NCBI GenBank assembly: GCA_045576755.1
Contig: JAZNHC010000159.1
Location: 1 to 60,549, forward strand
DNA length: 60,549 nt
Direction: 5' to 3'
Source of the DNA: Alistipes sp.
GTDB taxonomy: Bacteria; Bacteroidota; Bacteroidia; Bacteroidales; Rikenellaceae
The position numbers were made by a program, and so were the translations under genes. The notes below the pieces were generated by a model that was not told where the DNA came from, ran no database searches, and saw only the letters and a program-made list of their open reading frames with translations. This document shows, one piece after another, positions 1 through 9,415 of this stretch. Position 1 is the first letter of the stretch, and every line of letters starts with the position of its first letter.

Positions 1-977
1 ACGGCGAGGTGGAGGTGCTGACGAAGGGCGACCACGACATCAACGCCTTTACGAAGGTGGGCGATCTGATCGCTGCCGAGGTAACGCGCCTGACGATGGC
101 CACCGAGTTCTTTACGATTGACGGCCGGAGCGGCGAGATGGCGCAGCTCTCGTTCATCAACCAGCCGATCTACGATCAGATTACGCTCGGCGAGGTGCAG
201 AAGCGTTGGGTCAAGACCACCGACGGCAAGAGGATGCTCACCTGGGTAATTCTGCCGCCCGACTTCGACGAGAGCAAACAATATCCTACGCTACTCTACT
301 GCCAGGGCGGTCCACAGAGCGTTGTTTCGCAATTCTGGAGTTACCGCTGGAACTTCCAACTGATGGCAGCACAAGGCTACGTTGTGGTAGCACCAAATCG
401 TCGCGGTGTACCATCGTTCGGACAGGAGTGGTTGGATCAGATTTCGGGCGACTACTCGGGACAAAACATCCGCGATTATCTCGCTGCCATAGACGATGTA
501 GCAAAGGAGAAGTGGGTTGATAACGAGCGACTTGGTTGCGTAGGTGCTTCGTATGGCGGCTACTCGGTATTCTACCTTGCAGGTCACCACCAAAAGCGCT
601 TCAAGGCATTTATTGCCCACTGCGGTATCTTCAACTTCGAGTCGATGTACGGACACACCGAGGAGCTCTTCTTTGTGAACAACGACTACGGAGGTCCATA
701 TTGGGAGAGTAACAACAAGACCGCTATGCGCTCCTACGCCAACTCGCCACACAAGGCGGTTGCAAATTGGGACACTCCAATCCTGATCTTTACGGGCGAG
801 AAGGACTACCGCATCCCTTACACACAGTCGTTAGAGGCCTTCACCGCGGCACGTATGCGCGATATCCCGTCGCGCCTCGTGTCGTTTGAGAACGAAGCAC
901 ACCAAGTATTCAAACCGCAAAACTCGGTTGTTTGGAACAGAGAGTTCTTCGGTTGGTTGGAACGATACCTTAAATAG
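1..977 (+). CDS. S9-family serine peptidase (DPP5/acylaminoacyl-peptidase-like), 5'-truncated by the window edge
   Basis: QGGPQ, GASYGG nucleophile elbow, catalytic D (GEKDYRI) and H (NEAHQV); frame is open to the window start. Confidence 0.9.
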   Translation, partial: GEVEVLTKGDHDINAFTKVGDLIAAEVTRLTMATEFFTIDGRSGEMAQLSFINQPIYDQITLGEVQKRWVKTTDGKRMLTWVILPPDFDESKQYPTLLYCQGGPQSVVSQFWSYRWNFQLMAAQGYVVVAPNRRGVPSFGQEWLDQISGDYSGQNIRDYLAAIDDVAKEKWVDNERLGCVGASYGGYSVFYLAGHHQKRFKAFIAHCGIFNFESMYGHTEELFFVNNDYGGPYWESNNKTAMRSYANSPHKAVANWDTPILIFTGEKDYRIPYTQSLEAFTAARMRDIPSRLVSFENEAHQVFKPQNSVVWNREFFGWLERYLK

Positions 978-980
978 CAG

Positions 981-1011
981 AAATGGTCGGCAAATCGTGC
1001 CGACCATTTTT
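981..1011. terminator. Bidirectional intrinsic terminator
   Basis: AAATGGTCGGCA-AATCG-TGCCGACCATTT hairpin between convergent genes. Confidence 0.85.
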
Positions 1012-1033
1012 CTTTCGCCCTCTCCTTCAGAAA

Positions 1034-3118
1034 CTATTTTTCGGGCTGCGTAGCCTTTTTGAGCCACTGTAAATCCTCGTCCGAGAGTTCGTATACCGAG
1101 GCCATTCGGTAGACTCCTGCCCAGGTGGTGAGGTGGTTATTGATGCTACCACGTTTGTTGCCAACAGTGTGATACTTGCTCCACTCGCTTGGAAAGATAG
1201 CCTCATTCTTCGAGCCGATAGGTCGCTCCAAGCCCTGCCATACGGTATTTCCCTCGTAGGCAAAGCCCTGCGTACCGTTGCGCCAAATAAGCTCGGCAAT
1301 CTCGCGCCACAAAGGCTCGTTATCGACCTTCGCCAACCACAGATATTCGCCTATAAGCAGTGCGCCATACTCATCGACTGCCGAGTGCTCAACGCCCACA
1401 ATATTCGCTCCTGCAGGCTTCCAATTGTGGATTGTCAGATCGTCATCGGCATCGTAGATCGGATTGTGGATGTAGATCCACGAAGTGAAATACCACGCAG
1501 CTTTACGGGCATAGTCGAGATACTTCTCGTCGCCCGTAACCTCGTACATATATTTCGCCGTGGTGAAGTATGGCTGAACGCCCTCCTTGTCGATGCTTGC
1601 GCAATCCATTGCACCACCAAAGCAACGGAAGTGGTTAATATCCTTCGTGTAGTAGTAGTCGAACGCCTTATCGATCACGGGGAGAATACGCGCATCGCCA
1701 CTCATAGCGTGATAACGCGCAAGTCCCATAAGCACAAATCCTGCACCATCACCGTTGTACGACACAACCTCGCCCGTCGTGCCTTCCCACACCGAGCCTA
1801 CTGCTCCGTCCTCGCGTATGCCTTTCAGCACAATCTCGACAATAGGCTCAACAGCATTGCGGAACTCCGAACCATCCATACCGTTTTTATCGAGCAATAC
1901 CGCCACGCGCGAAAGCTCACTTATCGACCAACCCATATTCGAGGCATCGCGCTTGTTGTGTCCACGATCACGATTACTCTTGAAGATGCCCGTTTCGTAG
2001 CGACGGGTATTCAACCAGCTGCGTAACACCTTCAAGCCGAAGTCGATATCCTCCTGCGACGAGTTGCGCAGACCATATTCGATGTTGAGTCGTGACATCT
2101 GGAATGTCTGACTTCCGAAGCCGAGATCACGGCCTGCACCCTTCAGATATTCGCCCTTCTTAAGGCGCTTTGCCTCCTCGGGGTCGTACTTGTTCCAATG
2201 ATTTTTCTCGGGGTGCTGCTCGTAGTAGGCTACCGAATATCCCTCCTCCGAAAGTCCTGTGCCATAGTATCCTGCACGGAACTTCATATCGTCGAGAATA
2301 CTTTCATACCAATAGCCGTGCTCGTCTTGACGACGGCTCCAATCCTGAAAAGCTTTGTCGAGTGCCAACACCTCATCCACGCTCCACTGCGCGGGGACGG
2401 TATGGTCGATCTTTCGCCACGCCACAGGAAAGACCTCGGCAAAGCCGTAACCCTCAACCTTCGGCCTGCCTATAAAAGCATTTGCCGTAACAGAGAACTC
2501 TTCGCCTGGGGCAAGGGTGATATAGTTGTCGATGCGCTCCGAAAACTTCTGTTTGTCGGAGTAGCAGAGCGGAGCCTCGGTTACGGGCCAATAGATAAGG
2601 TGGCGAATAGAGCCATCCTCCAAAGCCTCCATAGAACACGAACTTACATACGATTCCGCATTTTTATCCGATGCAAAGAGGGCAAAAACATTGCGCTCAT
2701 TCTCCGAAATTGTGCACGAAGGAATTGAACCTCTATCATACGAAAATACCCACGGCTCGCCCTCGTACTCGAGCCCCTGCGGAAAGTTCATCTTCTGCTT
2801 CTTGTTGTCCCAACTCTGCGGAAGATCGAGTTCATCGCCAAAGCCGTTACCATTGTAGTTTATACCCGGAAATAGATACGATGTCGCCTTGAAGCGAGGT
2901 TCGGCAGCGAGAGCAACCTTTATGGTCACCTCCTTGTCGGTGGTGTTTCGCACCTTCACATCCACGCTCCACTCGTCGCCTTCGCGAGTTGGTGTCACCT
3001 CAGTTGTAACGCCATCAATGGCAGGCAAAGTATATGCCGAGAATGTGACCTTTGGTCCGCACGACACCAAAACTGCAACCGCTAAAAGATATGCAAGTTT
3101 TCTTGAAAAATTATTCAT
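1034..3118 (-). CDS. Lipoprotein, putative six-hairpin (alpha/alpha)6 glycosidase-like protein
   Basis: Start taken at MNNFSRK; lipobox VLVSC; C-terminal helical repeats such as YEVTGDEKYLDYARKAA typical of (alpha/alpha)6 barrels. Confidence 0.6.
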   Translation of the reverse strand: MNNFSRKLAYLLAVAVLVSCGPKVTFSAYTLPAIDGVTTEVTPTREGDEWSVDVKVRNTTDKEVTIKVALAAEPRFKATSYLFPGINYNGNGFGDELDLPQSWDNKKQKMNFPQGLEYEGEPWVFSYDRGSIPSCTISENERNVFALFASDKNAESYVSSCSMEALEDGSIRHLIYWPVTEAPLCYSDKQKFSERIDNYITLAPGEEFSVTANAFIGRPKVEGYGFAEVFPVAWRKIDHTVPAQWSVDEVLALDKAFQDWSRRQDEHGYWYESILDDMKFRAGYYGTGLSEEGYSVAYYEQHPEKNHWNKYDPEEAKRLKKGEYLKGAGRDLGFGSQTFQMSRLNIEYGLRNSSQEDIDFGLKVLRSWLNTRRYETGIFKSNRDRGHNKRDASNMGWSISELSRVAVLLDKNGMDGSEFRNAVEPIVEIVLKGIREDGAVGSVWEGTTGEVVSYNGDGAGFVLMGLARYHAMSGDARILPVIDKAFDYYYTKDINHFRCFGGAMDCASIDKEGVQPYFTTAKYMYEVTGDEKYLDYARKAAWYFTSWIYIHNPIYDADDDLTIHNWKPAGANIVGVEHSAVDEYGALLIGEYLWLAKVDNEPLWREIAELIWRNGTQGFAYEGNTVWQGLERPIGSKNEAIFPSEWSKYHTVGNKRGSINNHLTTWAGVYRMASVYELSDEDLQWLKKATQPEK

Positions 3119-3156
3119 ATTTGTATGTTTTAGGTTAATCTCGTCTTTTGTCACCA

Positions 3157-3164
3157 CAAAATTA
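3157..3164 (-). promoter_or_regulatory. Bacteroidota sigma-70 -7 element for the leftward gene
   Basis: TAATTTTG on the minus strand, ~40 nt upstream of the ATG at 3118. Confidence 0.55.
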
Positions 3165-3299
3165 ACCATTTTTTTTGAATAGCAACAACTTTCTGTCAAA
3201 ACCGTCCATTTTTGGGGAAATCGGTGACAATCAACACTCTGTTCATTGAAGAAAATTGGGCATTCGTTGAAAATATTTTTATATAAAATATAACAGTCA

Positions 3300-3307
3300 T
3301 ATTTTTG
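3300..3307 (+). promoter_or_regulatory. Bacteroidota sigma-70 -7 element for the fimbrillin/DUF4493 operon
   Basis: TATTTTTG(C) matches TAnnTTTG, 23 nt before ATG 3331. Confidence 0.6.
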
Positions 3308-3330
3308 CGCCCGATATAAGATGGAAAATT

Positions 3331-5142
3331 ATGAAAAAATTCTACTTTTTGGCGTTGATTGCCACACTTGCAATTTTCTCGGGCTGTACGACAGCCACAG
3401 ATGAGGGTTGCAACACAACAATCAACACTCAGACAGAACTCTCCATCGGTCTGCCTATCAACATCAGCCGTACGGCAATAGATGCAGATGGCAAAGCCTC
3501 GTGGACAGAGGGCGACAGCTTCGCCTTGTGGGCACAGTACAGAACCGGTGGCTACAACCTCAATGGTGCAGAGTTCAAAATGATGTACTATTGGCACTCG
3601 ATGCAGTCGGCTGTATTTACATCCTCGGCCAACCCTATTGGCGAGGGTAACTACACCTACTACGCAGTCTCGCCAAAGCCAGAGTCGACAAACGCACTCA
3701 AGGCTACCTACACCATCCCTGCCGAGCAGAATGGTGCCTCGTTCAATGGCGCCTACGACATTATGGTGGCTACGCCTATCGAAGCTGAGGCCTTGTCTGC
3801 CGATAAGGTGAATAATCTTGCTCTCGACTTCCACCACAAGATGCACACGCTGAAGATGACCATTGCGGAGAATAACTTTCCTTTTGTTGTCAGCAAGCTT
3901 AACTTTGAGTTCCCATCGTCGGTTGTAGGAAAGGTTGTTGTCGATGCCCAAAATAGGGATGCAGCCGTAGAGGTTAGCGAGTCGGGCAATACTCTTACAC
4001 TCAATATTAACAAGGAACTGAATGCGAACGATGTGCTCTACGCTATCGTCTTACCGGGCTCTATCAATGGTGAGGTAAAACTGACTGCACAATCGTCCCA
4101 GGGGCATACTTCGCATCCTCGTGTATTTAATATGTCGAAGGAGTTGAAAGAGGGCCATATCACACCTATGTCGTTGGTTCTTCCAGACATCTTGCGTGTT
4201 ACCACCATCCGTTTCTCGATTGGTGAGAACAAGCTCGGCGAGGCGGTTCAGAAACTCACGATTCTCGACAACAATGGTGCCAACTTGGGCACTTTCAATG
4301 TAAATAGCTCGAATACTTACGAACTGAGCTACAATGGTGTGTTCGAGAATAGCGGCTATGGTAGCTTTAGTGGCAGAACCTTCACTGCTCGTTTCGAGAG
4401 CGCACACGCTATCGTGGAGCAGCAGTTTATAATGCCAACCATTGCAGAGTACACCACAACCGTTGTACCTGCGATAGATGTTCCATACCTATTCTTCGAG
4501 GACTTCTCGTGCATCCACACCGCAGGCGAGAGCTATGGTGACGACGAGCGTAACTCTGCCGAGGAGCGTAATCAACCAGGAGTAAACTTGGATCCATATA
4601 TGTACCACACAGGATGGAATGCCGCTCGTTTCCAATTGGGCATTGGAACTTGTGCACGCATAAACGTTCGTTATCAAGCTGTATCGTCGTTGTTTACCTC
4701 TACTCATCGCGGACGACTCGATACTCCAAAATTAGCAGGTTTGAAGAGCGGTGCAAAAGTAAACATTAAGGTTGAGTTTGATGCTGGAGCCCACGTTGAT
4801 TCGGGTCTCGACGGATTCAACGGAACAAATTGCACTATCATAGGTGTTGCCACCCATACCAATAGCGCGTCCACAATAAACGGAGTTGCGACGGGTGCAG
4901 CACAGAGCGGAAGCCTGGGTGATTATGGTTCGACATTCTTTACGAAAAATCTCGACGATAGCTTCGGCACCGGTGACTTCGGAAGCTCGTTCCCTACATT
5001 CAGCGGCACAACAACTAATGTAACCAATGCTACTCGATTGGTGTTCTATCCCGATACGTCAATTAAGGCGTCGGGTTTAAACACCGGTAATGCAGAGTGC
5101 TTTATCTACATCGACAACATCAAGGTTTCAATTGCACAGTAA
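3331..5142 (+). CDS. Fimbrillin-family (Mfa1-like, type V pilin) lipoprotein with C-terminal jelly-roll-like domain
   Basis: Lipobox FSGC; SRT...W.EGD.F N-terminal fimbrillin signature; YYAVSP, IPAEQ, YDIMVA, L.F.H motifs; ends IYIDNIKV. Confidence 0.75.
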   Translation: MKKFYFLALIATLAIFSGCTTATDEGCNTTINTQTELSIGLPINISRTAIDADGKASWTEGDSFALWAQYRTGGYNLNGAEFKMMYYWHSMQSAVFTSSANPIGEGNYTYYAVSPKPESTNALKATYTIPAEQNGASFNGAYDIMVATPIEAEALSADKVNNLALDFHHKMHTLKMTIAENNFPFVVSKLNFEFPSSVVGKVVVDAQNRDAAVEVSESGNTLTLNINKELNANDVLYAIVLPGSINGEVKLTAQSSQGHTSHPRVFNMSKELKEGHITPMSLVLPDILRVTTIRFSIGENKLGEAVQKLTILDNNGANLGTFNVNSSNTYELSYNGVFENSGYGSFSGRTFTARFESAHAIVEQQFIMPTIAEYTTTVVPAIDVPYLFFEDFSCIHTAGESYGDDERNSAEERNQPGVNLDPYMYHTGWNAARFQLGIGTCARINVRYQAVSSLFTSTHRGRLDTPKLAGLKSGAKVNIKVEFDAGAHVDSGLDGFNGTNCTIIGVATHTNSASTINGVATGAAQSGSLGDYGSTFFTKNLDDSFGTGDFGSSFPTFSGTTTNVTNATRLVFYPDTSIKASGLNTGNAECFIYIDNIKVSIAQ

Positions 5143-5156
5143 AACGACCAAGAGAT

Positions 5157-5900
5157 ATGAAAAAGATACTTTTTGCAATAGCACTTGCCGTCGTAGCGAC
5201 TGCGTGCAACCACAAGGAGAGTGACCACACCGCACAAGTGGGCAAAATCGCTATCGAGGCGGTAACCCGTGGTGAGGTGAACAACACCTCCTCGGCAGAC
5301 AATAAGTTTGTGCTGGATAGCGAGATTGTCCCTATGGCAAACGACCTCAAGGTGGATATCGTGGGTAACAACGAGACATTCTCGTGGGCAACTCTTGCCG
5401 AGTTCAACGTCGAGAACGCCGATCTGACCTTTGCCTCGGCACCCTACACCATCACCCTCTCCTATGGCGAGAATGGCGTTGAGGGCTGGTCGAAGCCTCA
5501 CTTCGAGGGCTCGACTACCGTAGAGGTGCCGCAATACGGACTCACCGCAACGGCAAATGTTCAGGTGGTGCTCACCAACTCTATCGTTGCAGTCGAGACC
5601 ACCGACAACTTCGATGGTTACTTCCCCGAGTCGTCGTTCAAAATCAACGGCATCGACTGGGATCCAACCAAGACCGAGTTGCTCTTTATGAACGCCGGCG
5701 AGGTGAAGATCACTTGCGAGGCTGTGCGCCAGACGGGCAGCACTACACCTATCGAAACTACGGTAACACTCAAGCCTACAACCCGTCATACGGTGGTATT
5801 TGACCTCTCGACGGCGGGCAGTGCGGTTGTAAACGTAAAATTCGACGACGAGATAGTCGAGACCATAGAGTTCGATTTCGAGTTGAACGACAAAGCTTAA
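5157..5900 (+). CDS. DUF4493-domain lipoprotein (pilin-like)
   Basis: Start at MKKILF; lipobox ATAC; YTITLSYG..GVEGWSKPHFEG motif of DUF4493. Confidence 0.7.
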   Translation: MKKILFAIALAVVATACNHKESDHTAQVGKIAIEAVTRGEVNNTSSADNKFVLDSEIVPMANDLKVDIVGNNETFSWATLAEFNVENADLTFASAPYTITLSYGENGVEGWSKPHFEGSTTVEVPQYGLTATANVQVVLTNSIVAVETTDNFDGYFPESSFKINGIDWDPTKTELLFMNAGEVKITCEAVRQTGSTTPIETTVTLKPTTRHTVVFDLSTAGSAVVNVKFDDEIVETIEFDFELNDKA

Positions 5901-5929
5901 TTCACGAATAATAAGAAAAACTTAAAGAT

Positions 5930-7270
5930 ATGAAAATCGCAAAATTCACAGCAGTAGCCCTTGTGGCAGCCTTTATGGCTATCGGTTGCAATCATCCCGA
6001 TTTCCCAACCGGCGGCGGAGAGGACAACACCACCGTATCGAACAAGGGTCTCCTCTCGATTGAGAGCCTTACAATTGATTGCCGTATCGACGAGAGTATC
6101 CCCGATGCAGGTCTTACCCCTTCGGTATCGTCGGCAGATGCTACCCGCACTTCGGTAGATGTAAATAACTTCGCTTGCTCGATTATCAACGAGGAGAACG
6201 AGGTTGTTATGGAGTTCAAATATGGCGAGCGTCCAACCGAGGCAGTAGAGCTCGAGACGGGCGACTACATCTTCAAAATTCAGTCGGGAGATGTTCCAGG
6301 AGCAGTTTGGGACATACCTGTTTATGGAACAAGCAAGGCATTCAAGATTGTGCGTAACGAAACTACCGAGATTAAGGAGATTGTCTGCTCGCTGTTGCAG
6401 ATTAAGGTTACGGTAACCTACGCGCCCGACCTTTTGGAGCGTCTGGGCGATAAGACCCTTACAACAGCAGCCGTTGGTAACAACTCGTTGGAGTTCTCCT
6501 TGACCGAGAGCCGTGCAGGATTCTTTGCAGCCCCTGAGGTGAGCAACAACATCGAGCTTCGCATCAGCGGAACATACGCTGCCGACAAGGTAAACTTCAA
6601 ACCTGTGGAGATGACCAAGGCGATTCGCAACGTAAAGGCTGGTCAGCACAGCAAGGTACACTTCTACATCGAGCACGCAGCCGAGGGTAATATCAACGTA
6701 GGCGTAACCATTCGTGATTGGGTTACCGACGAGATTATCCCCTGCAATGTTGCCGACCTCGTAACCGAGGAGGAGTGGAAGGATAACGAGGGTGGCAACA
6801 CCGGAGGTGGCGAGGTTGTTACAAGCGATCCATCGATTGAGTGGATTGGCTACAACTTGGCAGACCGCGTTGTTATCGACGAGACCACCACAGGCGAGAT
6901 TATGGTTCGCGCAAGCAAGGGCATCAAGGAGTTGATCGTGCAGATCGAGTCGGAGGTGTTGATTCCTGCACTGTTGGGCAGCATCGGTCTTGCCGATGTG
7001 ATGAACATCACCTATCCGGAGAAATCTTACGACTCGTCGGATCCGAGCCGTGTCATCGATGCTACAGTTTTGAAGAACGCATTGAGCAAGGATTTCGGAT
7101 TTAAGATTTGCGACGAGGTTATCAACAAGACCGAGGTACTGTTCTCGATCACAACATTTATGGGTGCGTTGAACGCTGAGGCCGGAAACCACAACTTCCA
7201 CTTCACCGTCATCGACAACGACGGCGTAAGCAAGACCGAGATTTTGAAACTTAGATCAACCGGAAACTAA
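5930..7270 (+). CDS. DUF4493-domain lipoprotein with C-terminal extension
   Basis: Lipobox AIGC; L.TGDY.F...SG...AVWDIPVYG motif. Confidence 0.7.
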   Translation: MKIAKFTAVALVAAFMAIGCNHPDFPTGGGEDNTTVSNKGLLSIESLTIDCRIDESIPDAGLTPSVSSADATRTSVDVNNFACSIINEENEVVMEFKYGERPTEAVELETGDYIFKIQSGDVPGAVWDIPVYGTSKAFKIVRNETTEIKEIVCSLLQIKVTVTYAPDLLERLGDKTLTTAAVGNNSLEFSLTESRAGFFAAPEVSNNIELRISGTYAADKVNFKPVEMTKAIRNVKAGQHSKVHFYIEHAAEGNINVGVTIRDWVTDEIIPCNVADLVTEEEWKDNEGGNTGGGEVVTSDPSIEWIGYNLADRVVIDETTTGEIMVRASKGIKELIVQIESEVLIPALLGSIGLADVMNITYPEKSYDSSDPSRVIDATVLKNALSKDFGFKICDEVINKTEVLFSITTFMGALNAEAGNHNFHFTVIDNDGVSKTEILKLRSTGN

Positions 7271-7276
7271 CAGACG

Positions 7277-9379
7277 ATGAAGAGATTTTATAACATATTA
7301 TCAATCTGCGTGTTGGCGCTATTTGCTTTGTCATCGTGCGTAAACAACGGCAAGGTAAATGATGCGGCAGACAACACCCCTTCGGAGAGTAAAGGTGCTT
7401 TGACAATCAACGTCGGCACCCGTACCGAGAGTGGTGCGCAGCGAAATTATGTACTCTCAATCTACAAGAACGAGGGCGGCAAATCGACACTTGTGCGCAA
7501 GTACGACTCTTCGAAAGAGGATATGCAGAAGCCGGAGTTTATTTGGCTCTTGGCAGGCAACTACACTGCAAAAGTTGAGTGTGGCACAGCTGTAGCGGCA
7601 ACCTTCAACGATGCAGAGCAGTATCTCTATGGTGCAAAGGATTTCGATCTTATAGCGGGCGAAAGCAACAAGGTTGATATCGTTGCAACAGTGCAGAATG
7701 TACCTGTCGAGGTAGTCTTCGACCAGACGGTTACCGACGGCTTCCACGAAGGCTATAATGTGGAGGTCAAGGCGAATGACGAGGTGAAACTCACCTACAC
7801 CGAGAACAAGAAGGGCTACTTCATTATGCCTTCGGGTGTAACCACTCTTTCGTGGCACTTTGTCGGCACCTTCGAGTACGAAGATGGCGAGCTGGTGGCA
7901 GTCGATAAGAGCGGCAAGATCGAAAATGTACAGCTGAAGAAGGGCTACAAGCTCTCGTTCAAGTTCACGAAAGATGCAAGTGGTACCCTCGGCAACATTG
8001 ATGTACGCATTGATGAGAGCATCGAGGAGCGTGACGACCACTTCTCGTTCAATCCCGATCCCGAGTTGAAGGGCGACGGATTCGATCTATCTGTTCCTTA
8101 CGACTATGCAGGTGGCGAGCGACGATACGTTGCAACCTCGCCTGCCGAGTTCTGCGCAGTATCAATCGTAGTCGGCGACAAGGAGTTTAACCCTGTGGCA
8201 GAGACTGTTGCGGGAGTAACCCTCACAGGTTTGAACACCACAAAGCTCTATGTTACCCTTTCGGACGACTTCTTCAACGCACTCAGTGGTGGTAGCCACA
8301 ATATAGAGTTGTGCGTAACCGATACAAGTGGTGGCGAGGCTCGACGCGAGCTGCCATACAACTTGCAAGGTGTAAATGGCTACAATAGTGGCAGCACCGA
8401 CCTCTGGGCAGGTACAGCAGTACTCTCTGCAACCGTATTCGGCACACCCGCCAATGCGGAGATCGTCTGCCGCGAGAAGGATGGCGAGTGGAAGCACTTC
8501 GCTGCCTCCTCGAGTGGCTCCAACACCTACAGCGCACGAGTTGAGGGTATTGGTGCAGGGCGCAACTATGAGTATAATCTTGTTATCGACGGAAAGACAG
8601 TTGGCACAAGTTTGGCATTTGCTACTGAACAGGGAGCGCAGATTCCTAACGGCGATATGGAGCAGTGGTCGCAGAGTGGTAATACATACTACCCTGGCGT
8701 GAGCGCGAGCAACAAATATTGGGATACGGGTAACAAGGGTACAACCACTGTGGGTGGCACCGACAACAACCTCACCAGCAAGAGCACCGATGTTCGTCCC
8801 GGCACAAAGGGTTCGTATAGCGCATTCCTCGACTCAAAGGTTGTGATGGGTAAGTTTGGTGCGGGTAACATCTTTGTCGGCAGCTTCGGCAAGGTGGTTA
8901 TCACCTCATTGAGTGCTACCGTATACTTCGGTCAGCCATTTACCTTCAACGCCAAGCCAAAGGGTGTGAGAATGTGGGTCAAGTATAACTGCGGAAGCAT
9001 CGACAATGTAGGCTCGGTAGGCAAAAAAGGCGATCCCGACCTGACAAAGATCTTCTGTTGCGTCTGCAATTGGAACAGTGCGTGGTGCGTAGATAGCGAT
9101 AAGGCCGACGCCACCACCTTCAGCCCAAGTATGGAGAACATCCGAAACTGCCCCGATTCGCGCTACAGCGGAGTGCTCTACACCGCATACTTCGACACGA
9201 ACACCTCGAACAACGAGTGGCACGAGCTCTACATCCCATTCGAAAAGATAGAGGGCGCAGATGACAGCAAGGGGGCAAACTACCTTGTACTTACGGCGAC
9301 TTGTTCGGGATATGGAGACTTCTTCACCGGCTCGGCAGACTCGTGGATGTATATCGACGATGTCGAGCTTGTTTACTAA
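7277..9379 (+). CDS. DUF4493 + PCMD (putative carbohydrate metabolism domain) lipoprotein
   Basis: Lipobox LSSC; L.AGNYTA at the N-terminus; PCMD motifs QIPNGDMEQW, WDTGN, AGNIFVG, FGQPF, GDFFTG...YIDDVELVY. Confidence 0.75.
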   Translation: MKRFYNILSICVLALFALSSCVNNGKVNDAADNTPSESKGALTINVGTRTESGAQRNYVLSIYKNEGGKSTLVRKYDSSKEDMQKPEFIWLLAGNYTAKVECGTAVAATFNDAEQYLYGAKDFDLIAGESNKVDIVATVQNVPVEVVFDQTVTDGFHEGYNVEVKANDEVKLTYTENKKGYFIMPSGVTTLSWHFVGTFEYEDGELVAVDKSGKIENVQLKKGYKLSFKFTKDASGTLGNIDVRIDESIEERDDHFSFNPDPELKGDGFDLSVPYDYAGGERRYVATSPAEFCAVSIVVGDKEFNPVAETVAGVTLTGLNTTKLYVTLSDDFFNALSGGSHNIELCVTDTSGGEARRELPYNLQGVNGYNSGSTDLWAGTAVLSATVFGTPANAEIVCREKDGEWKHFAASSSGSNTYSARVEGIGAGRNYEYNLVIDGKTVGTSLAFATEQGAQIPNGDMEQWSQSGNTYYPGVSASNKYWDTGNKGTTTVGGTDNNLTSKSTDVRPGTKGSYSAFLDSKVVMGKFGAGNIFVGSFGKVVITSLSATVYFGQPFTFNAKPKGVRMWVKYNCGSIDNVGSVGKKGDPDLTKIFCCVCNWNSAWCVDSDKADATTFSPSMENIRNCPDSRYSGVLYTAYFDTNTSNNEWHELYIPFEKIEGADDSKGANYLVLTATCSGYGDFFTGSADSWMYIDDVELVY

Positions 9380-9415
9380 CAGATAACACACAACTGACAA
9401 GAGTCAAAAACAATA

